Shown here in pieces: positions 40,501 through 50,656 of a DNA stretch of 64,000 nt. Position numbers and translations under genes: made by a program. Position 1 is the first letter of the stretch. Each line of letters opens with the position of its first letter. The DNA lies in NCBI RefSeq assembly GCF_056746865.1, contig NZ_CM163382.1, one strand, 5' to 3'. The notes under the pieces were generated by a model. That model was given only the letters and a program-made list of their open reading frames with translations. It made no database searches and was not told the DNA's origin.

Positions 40501-41296
40501 CGTTCTGGCTGTAGCTGTCATCAATCGAAATATCAATAAGATAGGGAGCCGACACGCTATTGGTATAAATTGCCCCACCATAACCTTCGGCAGTGTTATT
40601 TGTAAATGCGGTGTTATTTATTATTGTGAAACCTGACGGATGCGTGATATCGCTATTATTATCGGTGACATCGATTGCCCCCCCATCGCCATCACTGTAA
40701 CTTGTTGATGTATATGCCTGGTTGTTATCAAAAATAACTTTACTTAAATAGACGTCATTGTTGATGGTATAAATTCCACCACCTTTGCCGTCATTAGCGA
40801 TGTTATTGCGAAACACGGCGTTAGTGACACTTAAATCGACGACACCGGTATCGTTAGTACCAGAAGAATAGATTGCGCCACCATAGCCACCTGCAACGTT
40901 ATCGGAAAAAATAACATTAGTAAGATTCAGCGTTGAGTTTTCTTTAGCAAATATTGCCCCGCCGTTATTATATTCTCCTGAGACAGTATTATTGGCAAAC
41001 AGAGTCATTCCAGTTTCATTTTCTGGCGATAGAGAAAACTCCGCTCCTTGTTGCAAAAATACGGCCCCACCGCTGGCGTTATTGGTCATATCCGAAAAAA
41101 CCAGCCATTGCCCATCGGCGATGCTCCAGTCCTGCGTAATGCCTGAAAGGCTTTGCCTGCTGGCGTGACAACTCGCTTTGATATCATATCCCTGACATGA
41201 ATCAATGACCGCCGCGACACCGTTAGCAGAGAAAAGAGATGCAATCATTGACGGGAGTAAAGATAAATACTCCTTGCGTAGAAAAATAATCCGCAT
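37583..41296 (-). CDS. yfaL: YfaL, AIDA-type autotransporter adhesin (1237 aa)
   Basis: Signal peptide MRIIFLRKEYLSLLPSMIASLFSANGVAA, pectate-lyase-like passenger repeats, proline-rich linker, C-terminal beta-barrel ending KW. Confidence 0.9.
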   Translation of the reverse strand: MRIIFLRKEYLSLLPSMIASLFSANGVAAVIDSCQGYDIKASCHASRQSLSGITQDWSIADGQWLVFSDMTNNASGGAVFLQQGAEFSLSPENETGMTLFANNTVSGEYNNGGAIFAKENSTLNLTNVIFSDNVAGGYGGAIYSSGTNDTGVVDLSVTNAVFRNNIANDGKGGGIYTINNDVYLSKVIFDNNQAYTSTSYSDGDGGAIDVTDNNSDITHPSGFTIINNTAFTNNTAEGYGGAIYTNSVSAPYLIDISIDDSYSQNGGVLIDENNSAAGYGDGPSTAAGGFMYLGLSEVTFDIADGKTLVIGNTENDGAVDSIAGTGVITKTGSGDLVLNADNNDFTGEMQIENGEVTLGRSNSLMNVGDTHCQDDPQDCYGLTIGSIDQYQNQAELNVGSTQQTFVHALTGFQNGTLNIDAGGNVTVNQGSFAGTIEGAGQLTIAQNGSYVLAGAQSMALTGDIVVDDGAVLTLEGDAADLAALQDDPQSIVLNGGVLDLSDFATWQSCTSYNDGLAVSGSGGTVIGSQDVVDLAGGDNLHIGGDGLVSLANNNSYLGTTQIASGTLVVSDNSQLGDTHYNRQVIFTDNQQESVMEITANVDTRSTTTEHGRDIEMRADGEVAVDAGVDTQWGGLMADSSGQHQDEGSTLTKTGAGTLELTASGTTQSAVRVEEGTLKGDVADIFPYASSLWVGDGATFKTGADQDIQSIDATSSGTIDISDGTVLRLTGQDTSVALNASLFNGDGTLVNATDGVTLTGELNTNLETDSLTYLSNVTVNGNLTNTSGAVSLQNGVAGDTLTVNGDYTGGGTLLLDSELNGDDSASDQLVLNGNTAGNTTVVINPITGIGEPTSTGIKVVDFAADPTQFQNNAQFSLAGSGYVNMGAYDYTLVEDNNDWYLRSQEVTPPSPPDPDPTPDPDPTPDPDPTPDPDPTPAYQPVLNAKVGGYFNNLRAANQAFVMERHDHAGGNGQTLNLRVIGGDYHYTAAGQLAQHEDTSTVQLSGDLFSGRWGTDGEWMLGAVGGYSDNQGDSRSNMTGTCADNQNHGYAVGLTSSWFQHGNQKQGAWLDSWLQYAWFNNDVSEHEDGADHYHSSGIIASLEAGYQWLPGRGVVIEPQAQVIYQGVQQDDFTAANHARVSQSQGDDIQTRLGLHSEWRTAVGVTPTLDLNYYHDPHATEIEEDGSTISDDAVKQRGEIKVGVTGNISQRVSLRGNVAWQKGSDDFAQTAGFLSMTVKW
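38494..38573 (-). repeat. In-frame tandem repeat in yfaL encoding (PDPDPT)x4 linker
   Basis: Four 18-bp units GGATC(G/A)GG(A/G)TC(C/G)GG(T/A)GT... on the plus strand; translation PPSPPDPDPTPDPDPTPDPDPTPDPDPTP. Confidence 0.8.
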
Positions 41297-41829
41297 ATTA
41301 ATCTGACCATCATTTTCTATAAGACGGCATATTTAATCGCATTATACGATATGGGTTATTTTTCTTTTGTAAATTGTTCAACCCGGTGCAATGGCTATTT
41401 TGTTATTATTTCATGAATAATATCAGTGCGTCATAATTCAAGTTAATCACCTTAAGGGATATTAGTTATATTTAAACTGAATTAAAGTAATGAATAATTT
41501 TCTTATAATATAAGGTAAATTAACAAAATGGCTTCGCATTTAACAATAACCGAAGAGAAAACAACCATTTCGATATCAACAATCGCTTACATTCGCTTAT
41601 ATATTGACCAGAACTGATACATCAGATTATGTGATGACTCGTGCTTAGATCAATTTTTGCAATCATTAGCCAAAAGATTAATAAACCATCTATATCAATT
41701 TATCTAACCTATTCTTCCGTTCAAGAAATCGCCGAACAGTTATTTTTAACAAATTTTTCTCTTCCCATTGACTTTCCCGGACACCTTGTCTGACCTAAGG
41801 TGCGCGAAAGCCACTTTTTCCTTCCTGAG

Positions 41830-41838
41830 TTATCCACA
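41830..41838 (+). promoter_or_regulatory. Consensus DnaA box TTATCCACA in nrdAB promoter region
   Basis: Exact 9-mer match to TTATNCACA about 160 bp upstream of nrdA ATG. Confidence 0.6.
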
Positions 41839-41868
41839 AAGTTATGCACTTGCAAGAGGGCCATTTTC

Positions 41869-41915
41869 ACACTATCTTGCAGTGAATCCCAAACATACCC
41901 CCTATATATAGTGTT
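41869..41915 (+). promoter_or_regulatory. Candidate NrdR boxes / nrdAB core promoter (ACACTATCTTGCAGTG ... CCCTATATATAGTGTT)
   Basis: Two 16-bp partially palindromic boxes spaced about 30 bp apart; resembles the tandem NrdR operator arrangement; not compared to a database. Confidence 0.4.
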
Positions 41916-41991
41916 CTAAGCAGCTTCCCTCACTACAGGTAGTCTGCATGAAACTATTGCGGAAAGAATTCCAAAAACAGGTACGACATAC

Positions 41992-44277
41992 ATGAATCAG
42001 AATCTGCTGGTGACAAAGCGCGACGGTAGCACAGAGCGCATCAATCTCGACAAAATCCATCGCGTTCTGGATTGGGCGGCAGAAGGACTGCATAACGTTT
42101 CGATTTCCCAGGTCGAACTGCGCTCCCACATTCAGTTTTATGACGGTATCAAGACCTCTGACATCCACGAAACCATTATCAAGGCTGCCGCAGACCTGAT
42201 CTCCCGTGATGCGCCGGATTATCAGTATCTCGCCGCGCGCCTGGCAATCTTCCACCTGCGTAAAAAAGCCTACGGCCAGTTTGAGCCGCCTGCGCTGTAC
42301 GACCACGTGGTGAAAATGGTCGAGATGGGCAAATACGATAATCATCTGCTGGAAGACTACACGGAAGAAGAGTTCAAGCAGATGGACACGTTTATCGATC
42401 ACGACCGTGATATGACCTTCTCTTATGCTGCCGTTAAGCAGCTGGAAGGCAAATATCTGGTACAGAACCGCGTGACCGGCGAAATCTACGAAAGCGCCCA
42501 GTTCCTTTATATTCTGGTTGCCGCGTGCCTGTTCTCGAACTACCCGCGTGAAACGCGCCTGCAATACGTGAAGCGTTTTTACGACGCGGTTTCCACATTT
42601 AAAATTTCGCTGCCGACGCCAATCATGTCCGGCGTGCGTACCCCGACTCGTCAGTTCAGCTCCTGCGTACTGATCGAGTGCGGCGACAGCCTGGATTCCA
42701 TCAACGCCACCTCCAGCGCGATTGTGAAATATGTTTCCCAGCGTGCCGGGATCGGCATCAATGCCGGGCGTATTCGTGCGCTGGGTAGCCCGATTCGCGG
42801 TGGCGAAGCGTTCCATACCGGTTGTATTCCGTTCTATAAGCATTTCCAGACAGCGGTGAAATCCTGCTCTCAGGGCGGTGTGCGTGGCGGTGCGGCTACG
42901 CTGTTCTACCCGATGTGGCATCTGGAAGTGGAAAGCCTGTTGGTGTTGAAAAACAACCGTGGGGTGGAAGGCAACCGCGTGCGTCATATGGACTACGGGG
43001 TACAAATCAACAAACTGATGTATACCCGTCTGCTGAAAGGTGAAGATATCACCCTGTTCAGCCCGTCCGACGTACCGGGGCTGTACGACGCGTTCTTCGC
43101 CGATCAGGAAGAGTTTGAACGCCTGTACACCAAATATGAGAAAGACGACAGCATCCGCAAGCAGCGTGTGAAAGCCGTTGAGCTGTTCTCGCTGATGATG
43201 CAGGAACGTGCGTCTACCGGTCGAATCTATATTCAGAACGTTGACCACTGCAATACCCATAGCCCGTTTGATCCGGCCATCGCGCCAGTGCGCCAGTCTA
43301 ACCTGTGCCTGGAAATCGCCCTGCCGACCAAACCGCTGAATGATGTCAACGACGAGAACGGTGAAATCGCGCTGTGTACGTTGTCTGCTTTCAACCTGGG
43401 CGCAATTAATAGCCTGGATGAACTGGAAGAGCTGGCGATTCTGGCAGTACGCGCACTCGACGCGCTGCTGGATTATCAGGATTACCCGATCCCGGCCGCC
43501 AAACGTGGAGCGATGGGTCGTCGTACGCTGGGTATTGGTGTGATCAACTTCGCTTACTACCTGGCGAAGCACGGTAAACGCTACTCCGACGGCAGCGCCA
43601 ACAACCTGACACATAAAACCTTCGAAGCTATTCAGTATTACCTGCTGAAAGCCTCTAATGAGCTGGCGAAAGAGCAAGGCGCGTGCCCGTGGTTTAACGA
43701 AACCACTTACGCGAAAGGGATCCTGCCGATCGATACCTATAAGAAAGATCTGGATGCCATCGCTAATGAGCCGCTGCATTACGACTGGGAAGCACTGCGT
43801 GAGTCAATCAAAACGCACGGCCTGCGTAACTCCACGCTTTCTGCTCTGATGCCGTCAGAGACTTCTTCGCAGATCTCTAACGCCACTAACGGTATTGAAC
43901 CGCCGCGCGGTTACGTCAGCATCAAAGCGTCGAAAGACGGTATTCTCCGCCAGGTGGTGCCGGACTACGAGCATCTGCACGACGCCTATGAGCTGCTGTG
44001 GGAAATGCCGGGTAACGATGGCTACCTGCAACTGGTGGGTATCATGCAGAAATTTATCGATCAGTCGATCTCTGCTAACACCAACTACGATCCGTCACGC
44101 TTCCCGTCAGGAAAAGTGCCGATGCAGCAACTGCTGAAAGACCTGCTCACCGCCTACAAATTCGGGGTCAAAACGCTGTATTATCAGAACACCCGTGACG
44201 GCGCTGAAGACGCACAAGACGATCTGGTGCCGTCAATCCAGGACGATGGCTGCGAAAGCGGCGCATGTAAGATCTGA
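41992..44277 (+). CDS. nrdA: Ribonucleoside-diphosphate reductase 1 alpha subunit (761 aa)
   Basis: Translation [33 protein letters not shown]... (ATP-cone), active-site region NLCLEIALP. Confidence 0.96.
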
Positions 44278-44284
44278 TATTGAG

Positions 44285-44490
<206 letters not shown>

Positions 44491-44510
44491 ACTCCCAACA
44501 GGACACATTC

Positions 44511-45641
44511 ATGGCATATACCACCTTTTCACAGACGAAAAATGATCAGCTGAAAGAACCGATGTTCTTTGGTCAGCCGGTTAACGTGGCTCGCTACGAT
44601 CAGCAAAAATATGACATCTTCGAAAAGCTGATCGAAAAGCAGCTCTCTTTCTTCTGGCGTCCGGAAGAAGTTGACGTTTCTCGTGACCGTATCGATTACC
44701 AGGCACTGCCTGAACACGAAAAACACATCTTTATCAGCAACCTGAAATATCAGACGCTGCTGGACTCCATTCAGGGTCGCAGCCCGAACGTGGCACTGCT
44801 GCCGCTGATCTCGATCCCTGAACTGGAAACCTGGGTCGAAACCTGGGCGTTCTCAGAAACCATTCACTCTCGTTCTTATACCCATATCATTCGTAATATC
44901 GTTAACGATCCGTCCGTTGTGTTTGATGATATCGTCACCAACGAGCAGATCCAGAAACGTGCGGAAGGGATCTCCAGCTATTACGATGAGCTGATCGAAA
45001 TGACCAGCTACTGGCATCTGCTGGGCGAAGGTACCCACACCGTTAACGGTAAAACCGTAACCGTTAGCCTGCGCGAGCTGAAGAAAAAACTGTATCTCTG
45101 CCTGATGAGCGTTAACGCGCTGGAAGCGATCCGCTTCTACGTCAGCTTTGCTTGTTCCTTTGCCTTTGCAGAACGCGAACTGATGGAAGGTAACGCCAAA
45201 ATTATTCGTCTGATTGCCCGCGACGAAGCCCTGCACCTGACCGGTACTCAGCATATGCTGAATCTGCTGCGCAGCGGTGCGGATGATCCGGAGATGGCGG
45301 AAATTGCCGAAGAATGTAAGCAGGAATGCTATGACCTGTTTGTCCAGGCGGCACAGCAAGAGAAAGACTGGGCGGATTATCTGTTCCGTGACGGTTCGAT
45401 GATTGGTCTGAATAAAGACATTCTCTGCCAGTACGTTGAATACATCACCAATATCCGCATGCAGGCAGTCGGTTTGGATCTGCCGTTCCAGACACGCTCC
45501 AACCCGATCCCGTGGATCAATACCTGGCTGGTGTCTGATAACGTGCAGGTTGCTCCGCAGGAAGTGGAAGTCAGTTCTTATCTGGTCGGGCAGATTGACT
45601 CGGAAGTGGACACCGACGATTTGAGTAACTTCCAGCTCTGA
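44511..45641 (+). CDS. nrdB: Ribonucleoside-diphosphate reductase 1 beta subunit (376 aa)
   Basis: Translation from ATG at 44511 [35 protein letters not shown]...; AGGA Shine-Dalgarno; the upstream part of the long ORF is REP sequence. Confidence 0.95.
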
Positions 45642-45895
45642 TGGCTCGCGTTACCCTGCGCATCACTGGCACACAACTGCTGTGCCAGGATGAACACCCT
45701 TCCCTTCTGGCGGCGCTGGAATCCCACAATGTGGCGGTTGAGTACCAGTGCCGCGAAGGTTACTGCGGTTCCTGTCGCACGCGCCTTGTTGCAGGCCAGG
45801 TGGACTGGATTGCCGAACCGTTAGCCTTTATTCAGCCGGGGGAAATTTTGCCCTGTTGTTGCCGGGCAAAAGGCGATATTGAAATCGAGTTGTGA
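45641..45895 (+). CDS. yfaE: YfaE, 2Fe-2S ferredoxin associated with NrdB cofactor maintenance (84 aa)
   Basis: Translation [54 protein letters not shown]...; overlaps nrdB stop. Confidence 0.9.
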   Translation: MARVTLRITGTQLLCQDEHPSLLAALESHNVAVEYQCREGYCGSCRTRLVAGQVDWIAEPLAFIQPGEILPCCCRAKGDIEIEL

Positions 45896-45899
45896 TCGG

Positions 45900-45945
45900 G
45901 TACTAGCGCCAGATACGACGCTTACGCGTATTATCTGGCCTACAA
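45900..45945. repeat. REP-like palindrome between convergent yfaE and inaA (likely bidirectional terminator)
   Basis: GCCAGATACGACGCTTACGCGTATTATCTGGCCTAC inverted repeat. Confidence 0.45.
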
Positions 45946-45948
45946 CGA

Positions 45949-46599
45949 TTACATGGCGTAGTAATACGCTTTCACCTGCTCCCAGTCCGCTTTAGGGATC
46001 GGCTCCAGATATTTTTCCAGCTGGCGGAAGTCATGATTAATCGCTTTATCGCGACGCAAGCGGCGACGACTTTTCTCCAGATCAAGAAAACCAGCTTCTG
46101 CCTTACCTTCTGTTTTCACATAGATATGGCGAACATAACAACAGCCATGCTGACGATTAACGCTATGCATTTTCTTAAACGCCAGCGCCACTGCTTTCAA
46201 CATGGCTTGCCGTACTTCGTCAGAATAGGGCGTTACTGCATGCTGGGCATACCAGTCAGCAATGCTGATGAACCCCGCCATATCTTCAGTCACCAGCAAC
46301 GCGCGCCATTCCCCCTCAATTTTCACCGCTTCACCAAAAACGATCTTCGGCACGATGACACCGGCCCGTTCCAGTTCTTTAATTACCGCAACCTCACGGA
46401 CAATCGTTGGTCGGCCGAAAGGATAACGTACGGAATGAAACAGATGATGCGTCATGCGCTTTACATATAGCTTTTTGCCGTTGCGCTCGACGCATTGCAC
46501 CCCGCTCATACCATTACGGCGATAGTTAGGCTCTTCAACCCAGTCGCCCTCTGTTGCCCACCAGTGATTAAATTCGTCGTGCTTTGCTGAAACTGCCAT
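45949..46599 (-). CDS. inaA: InaA, pH-inducible Kdo-kinase/WaaP-like protein (216 aa)
   Basis: Translation MAVSAKHDEFNHWWATEGDWVEEPNYRRNGMSGVQCVERNGKKLYVKR... Confidence 0.9.
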   Translation of the reverse strand: MAVSAKHDEFNHWWATEGDWVEEPNYRRNGMSGVQCVERNGKKLYVKRMTHHLFHSVRYPFGRPTIVREVAVIKELERAGVIVPKIVFGEAVKIEGEWRALLVTEDMAGFISIADWYAQHAVTPYSDEVRQAMLKAVALAFKKMHSVNRQHGCCYVRHIYVKTEGKAEAGFLDLEKSRRRLRRDKAINHDFRQLEKYLEPIPKADWEQVKAYYYAM

Positions 46600-46679
46600 A
46601 CCCTATCGCCTGTCATTTTTTATTAACGACAATGACTATAGGTGGTTACCTGCGAAAAATCTTAATGAAACGTGTCGTA

Positions 46680-47870
46680 TTAATGAATTTCTTTTGCCAC
46701 TACTAGCGCGACACCGCTTTTACCCTTCATTTGCAGCGCATAGACTCCACCAGCCACTACCACTAATAGTGCACCCAGCAGATAAATCATTCGGTAGCCA
46801 GTATGTGCAACCATCATCCCCATCACACAGGCTCCCAGCGCCAGGCCTGCATCCATCGCATTGAAGAATAGGGAGTTTGCGACACCGATTTTATGCGGTT
46901 CCACTGAACTGATAATCTGCGTCTGAAAAACTGGCGTCACGGAACCATACCCGATACCAATCAACGCGCCAGAAACAACCATCATTATGCTTCCCTGGGT
47001 GTAGCCGAGAACCACCAGTCCAACCGTAAAGAACACAAGGCAAGGGTAAACCACATATTTCGGTCCTTTTTTGTCGCAGACATTGCCGGTAAAGGTACGG
47101 CAGATCATCAGGAAGATAGCGTAGCAAAGCAGGAAATTACTGGCTGCCGACATCAGGTTAAGTTCGCGTGCATAAAGCGCCAGAAAAGCAGAAACCCCGG
47201 CATACGAAAAGGTCATAAAAAAGGTGACCATCGCAAATGGCAACGCCGCGCGATCGAACATGGCGGCGAAGCCCATTTTCGGCTTTGAACCATCAGCATG
47301 GCTGATAACCGGCGGCACTGTCATAATCAGCGACAGAATAATCCCCACCGCTGCCACGCCGGTGCATAACCAGAAAGCCATATTAAAGGCCTCCCAGCGC
47401 GCCATATTCAGGCCAATCCACGGCCCGACCACCATTGCCAGCCCCATTGCCAGAGAGAAAAAACTGATGCCCTCCCCACGTCGGGAGGCCGGGATCAGCC
47501 GCGCGGAAATCGTTCCTTTTACCGTAGTAATAACCCCGAAGGTAATACCATGAAGCACCCGAATAAAAAGCAGTGATTCAATTGAGTGGCAAAAAGGATA
47601 CAACGCAGTGACCAACAAAAAGGCCAGAGAAGAGAGCACCAGAATAGTTTTATTCGAATATTTACCCACCCATTGCCCGGCAAAGGGGCGAATAACAATG
47701 GCGGCAATTAAAAATAAAGTCACCAATAAACCGGCTTTATCAGGAGAGGCATGCAAGCGGTCAGAGATATAAATTGGCAACAATGTTAGTAAAACATAAA
47801 AGACGAAGAAAATAATAAAGCTGATGATGGTTATTGCCCAAAAATCCTTCGTCCATAACTTCTCTTTCAT
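46680..47870 (-). CDS. MFS-family transporter, 12 TM predicted (396 aa), substrate unknown
   Basis: Highly hydrophobic translation with MFS-like loop motif RLIPASRRGEG; divergent from a LysR regulator. Confidence 0.8.
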   Translation of the reverse strand: MKEKLWTKDFWAITIISFIIFFVFYVLLTLLPIYISDRLHASPDKAGLLVTLFLIAAIVIRPFAGQWVGKYSNKTILVLSSLAFLLVTALYPFCHSIESLLFIRVLHGITFGVITTVKGTISARLIPASRRGEGISFFSLAMGLAMVVGPWIGLNMARWEAFNMAFWLCTGVAAVGIILSLIMTVPPVISHADGSKPKMGFAAMFDRAALPFAMVTFFMTFSYAGVSAFLALYARELNLMSAASNFLLCYAIFLMICRTFTGNVCDKKGPKYVVYPCLVFFTVGLVVLGYTQGSIMMVVSGALIGIGYGSVTPVFQTQIISSVEPHKIGVANSLFFNAMDAGLALGACVMGMMVAHTGYRMIYLLGALLVVVAGGVYALQMKGKSGVALVVAKEIH

Positions 47871-48021
47871 ACCCTACCGCCTGTCAGGATGACGCACGCA
47901 GACAACACTCCCGTTACTGCGGTTGCGTCAAATTGTGATGTACTTTGCAGAACAGAAGTATAAATGGCGGCATGCTATTAGAGAAATTAATCGTTTTAAT
48001 ATTATTGATTAGCAAACTCTA

Positions 48022-48900
48022 ATGACTCTTACCCAAATAAATTCTTTACTCGCCGTGCTGGATTACGGTGGCTTTACTGAAGCCAGCAAGCGATTGTTCA
48101 TGACGCAGTCGGCGGTAAGTCAGGCAATTGCTGCCCTCGAACAAGAACTTGGTGTGAATATACTGTTACGCGATCGCCGTAAAGCTATACAACTGACCAC
48201 AGCAGGTCATCGCATTGTGCATCATCTGCGCGCCATTAATCGGGAAGTTAACGCAGTAAAAGAGATAGCCGAGCAGGAAAAGCAGAACCCTCAAAGAACG
48301 CTGAGACTTGGTTGTTTCCCCAGCGTCTGCGCCTGTATCTTACCGGCTGTGATTCGCTACTTTGAAATTCATCATCCGAATATAAAAATTATTCCTTTTG
48401 AGGAAAATAGCACAGCGATTATTGATTCCCTTCAGAATGAATCCATTGATGCCGGTTTTGTTCATTTTCCGGTGAGCGGAATGTACTCCGTGCCCATTTA
48501 TCAGGATAAATTCACCGTAGTGTTACCGCCCAACCATGCTCTGGCAAAAAACAGCACTATTACAGTGGAAGAGTTAATGGGTGAACCATTAATTATTAGT
48601 AAAGGACGCTATGAATTAAGCATTATGGCACTATTTAAAGAAAAGAATATTACCCCACAGATAAAATATGAATTTAATCACCCGGATACAGCGATCAGTT
48701 TTATTCGACAGGGATTAGGCATCGCCTTATTACCAGAGTTAACGCTGAAAACCATTGCAGATGAATTGTGTTCCGTTCCTCTCGAACCAACCTTCTATCG
48801 ACAGATTTCGTTGCTGGCTAAAGAAAAGCCGGTAGAAGGCAGTCCACTGTTTTTACTACAAATGTGTACGGAACAACTCGTGGTGAGTGGAAAAATTTGA
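48022..48900 (+). CDS. LysR-family transcriptional regulator (292 aa); position of the K-12 yfaH pseudogene
   Basis: N-terminal HTH FMTQSAVSQAIAALEQELGVNILLRDRR plus substrate-binding domain; weak Shine-Dalgarno. Confidence 0.8.
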   Translation: MTLTQINSLLAVLDYGGFTEASKRLFMTQSAVSQAIAALEQELGVNILLRDRRKAIQLTTAGHRIVHHLRAINREVNAVKEIAEQEKQNPQRTLRLGCFPSVCACILPAVIRYFEIHHPNIKIIPFEENSTAIIDSLQNESIDAGFVHFPVSGMYSVPIYQDKFTVVLPPNHALAKNSTITVEELMGEPLIISKGRYELSIMALFKEKNITPQIKYEFNHPDTAISFIRQGLGIALLPELTLKTIADELCSVPLEPTFYRQISLLAKEKPVEGSPLFLLQMCTEQLVVSGKI

Positions 48901-49045
48901 TGTAAGACATGAGATTGATGACAAATGCAAGACTGCCTGATTCGCCACACTTAGTTGTACTATAGCCTTTACCAGGCGTAATAATTCGTTTTCACCTGAT
49001 TTTGGCCCACTTTGTGAATTGGCGATATATATTTATCCAGTTGGG

Positions 49046-49177
49046 AGAAGTGACAATGACTCCAGGTAGAAACCGGTATGAAGCGCCCGACTCACTGTCA
49101 AAACCGATTGTTGAGAGTAATGACACTCCGGCGAACAGTACACAGTTTACTCTGGAGCCATTCTCAATCTTCAAGTG
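49046..49177 (+). CDS. Candidate small protein (43 aa) MTPGRNRYEAPDSLSKPIVESNDTPANSTQFTLEPFSIFKWDT
   Basis: GGGAGAA Shine-Dalgarno 6-8 nt before ATG; internal to the 61-aa track ORF 49002..49187; no homology evidence. Confidence 0.25.
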
Positions 49178-49365
49178 GGATACCTAATAACTTGTCAGGG
49201 AAGTTATCAATATCTGTTTGTTACTTATTACCGTATTTATTAACAATAATGATACTTTCTAACATGCGTAAAGGTCTTCGTAATAAAATGAGCTAAATTT
49301 GATAGTGAATATATTTTGCAAAGATTAGATTGTATCTTGTTAACTCACACTACAAGGAATCATTT

Positions 49366-50436
49366 ATGCCAAATACATCTATTCACTTATCTCGCTGTAA
49401 TATTTTACAAAATAATAAATTGCAACCAGCAGAAGTTTACAAAGAATCACAACAAACCGCGAAACTTGAGATTTTTTGCGATGAGTTTCTAAAAATATCT
49501 CAAAGTAGATACGGGTTATCAACCTCAGCAGACAGCATAGCTAATTTATTGGCTTTTTTCACGAAAGCCTCAGATGCAATTGATAGTATCAAGACCCAAA
49601 AAATTGACGTTCACAGTTATGGTTTCGTACCAATAAGACATTTTGTCGAACATGTCATAACGTATAAAAATGAATTTGCAGCGGATTATGAACCCTATAC
49701 CCTTACCTTTACCCGAGGTGAAAACAACGAAGGTATTTTGAGTGTCGAAAGCAAAGAAGGGTTTATTTCACAAAGAACAATAAACTTAAATGAATATGAA
49801 ACTGCAATTAACATCATCAATGAACATGTTATAAAAGAAAATATCCACAACACGGTCCAGTCACCGACAGAAAAAGACATTTCAAAAATAAACAGCTCTG
49901 ATAAACCTTATAAAACCAGCAGTGAGGAAAGTATTAAAAGTCAACTTTACAGCGATCAAAAAAAATATACAGACCTGCTACTACATTCTGAGAAAAATAC
50001 AGAATGGTACAAATACGCATCCTCCGTGGAACGCTATGATAAATTCAAGAATTCTTCTAAGGAAATTAAAAATACCTACAAGCAAATTGTACAAGCGCAG
50101 AAAAAATTGAACCAAATGAAATACATAAATAAATTAAGTGGTGAGCTTATCGATATCGCCGACAAAAAGTTAGCACCATTAATAAATGATAGTTTCAGCT
50201 ATACACGAGATTTCTTTGCTTACTCAAAACAGGAAAATAACATCTTCACGTTTGATAATTCTAAGTTTGAAGATCCAAAGGAAAAAAAAGGTTTAATGGT
50301 ACAACACAGCAATGGACAACTGGTTATTACTGGTGAATATTGTCCTGAAGGTGTGCAAACAGCATTCACTCAAGACCAATATGATAAATTAATAAGATAC
50401 ATTAATATTTTCTTTACTTTTCCGAAATGCGAATAA
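49366..50436 (+). CDS. Hypothetical protein, A+T-rich ORFan (~356 aa), no signal peptide or TM
   Basis: Long ORF in visibly A+T-rich DNA; AAGGA Shine-Dalgarno 8 nt before ATG at 49366; Lys/Asn/Ser-rich; no recognisable motif. Confidence 0.7.
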   Translation: MPNTSIHLSRCNILQNNKLQPAEVYKESQQTAKLEIFCDEFLKISQSRYGLSTSADSIANLLAFFTKASDAIDSIKTQKIDVHSYGFVPIRHFVEHVITYKNEFAADYEPYTLTFTRGENNEGILSVESKEGFISQRTINLNEYETAINIINEHVIKENIHNTVQSPTEKDISKINSSDKPYKTSSEESIKSQLYSDQKKYTDLLLHSEKNTEWYKYASSVERYDKFKNSSKEIKNTYKQIVQAQKKLNQMKYINKLSGELIDIADKKLAPLINDSFSYTRDFFAYSKQENNIFTFDNSKFEDPKEKKGLMVQHSNGQLVITGEYCPEGVQTAFTQDQYDKLIRYINIFFTFPKCE

Positions 50437-50656
50437 TACTTTACAGTATAAACTGCAATACAATTTATTATTGAACCCAATTCATACTATTTAAGGAATA
50501 ACAATGCCCAGTGTTAGCTTTCTTAACGAATGAGTTTTACGCAAATATGTTGGCATCTTTTTTAACAGGATGCACCGGTTAATGAATAGAACAACCGGGA
50601 GTAACATTATTTCTCTTTAGCAGAGGATGGCGCATGAACGCCATCCTGCAATAGCA

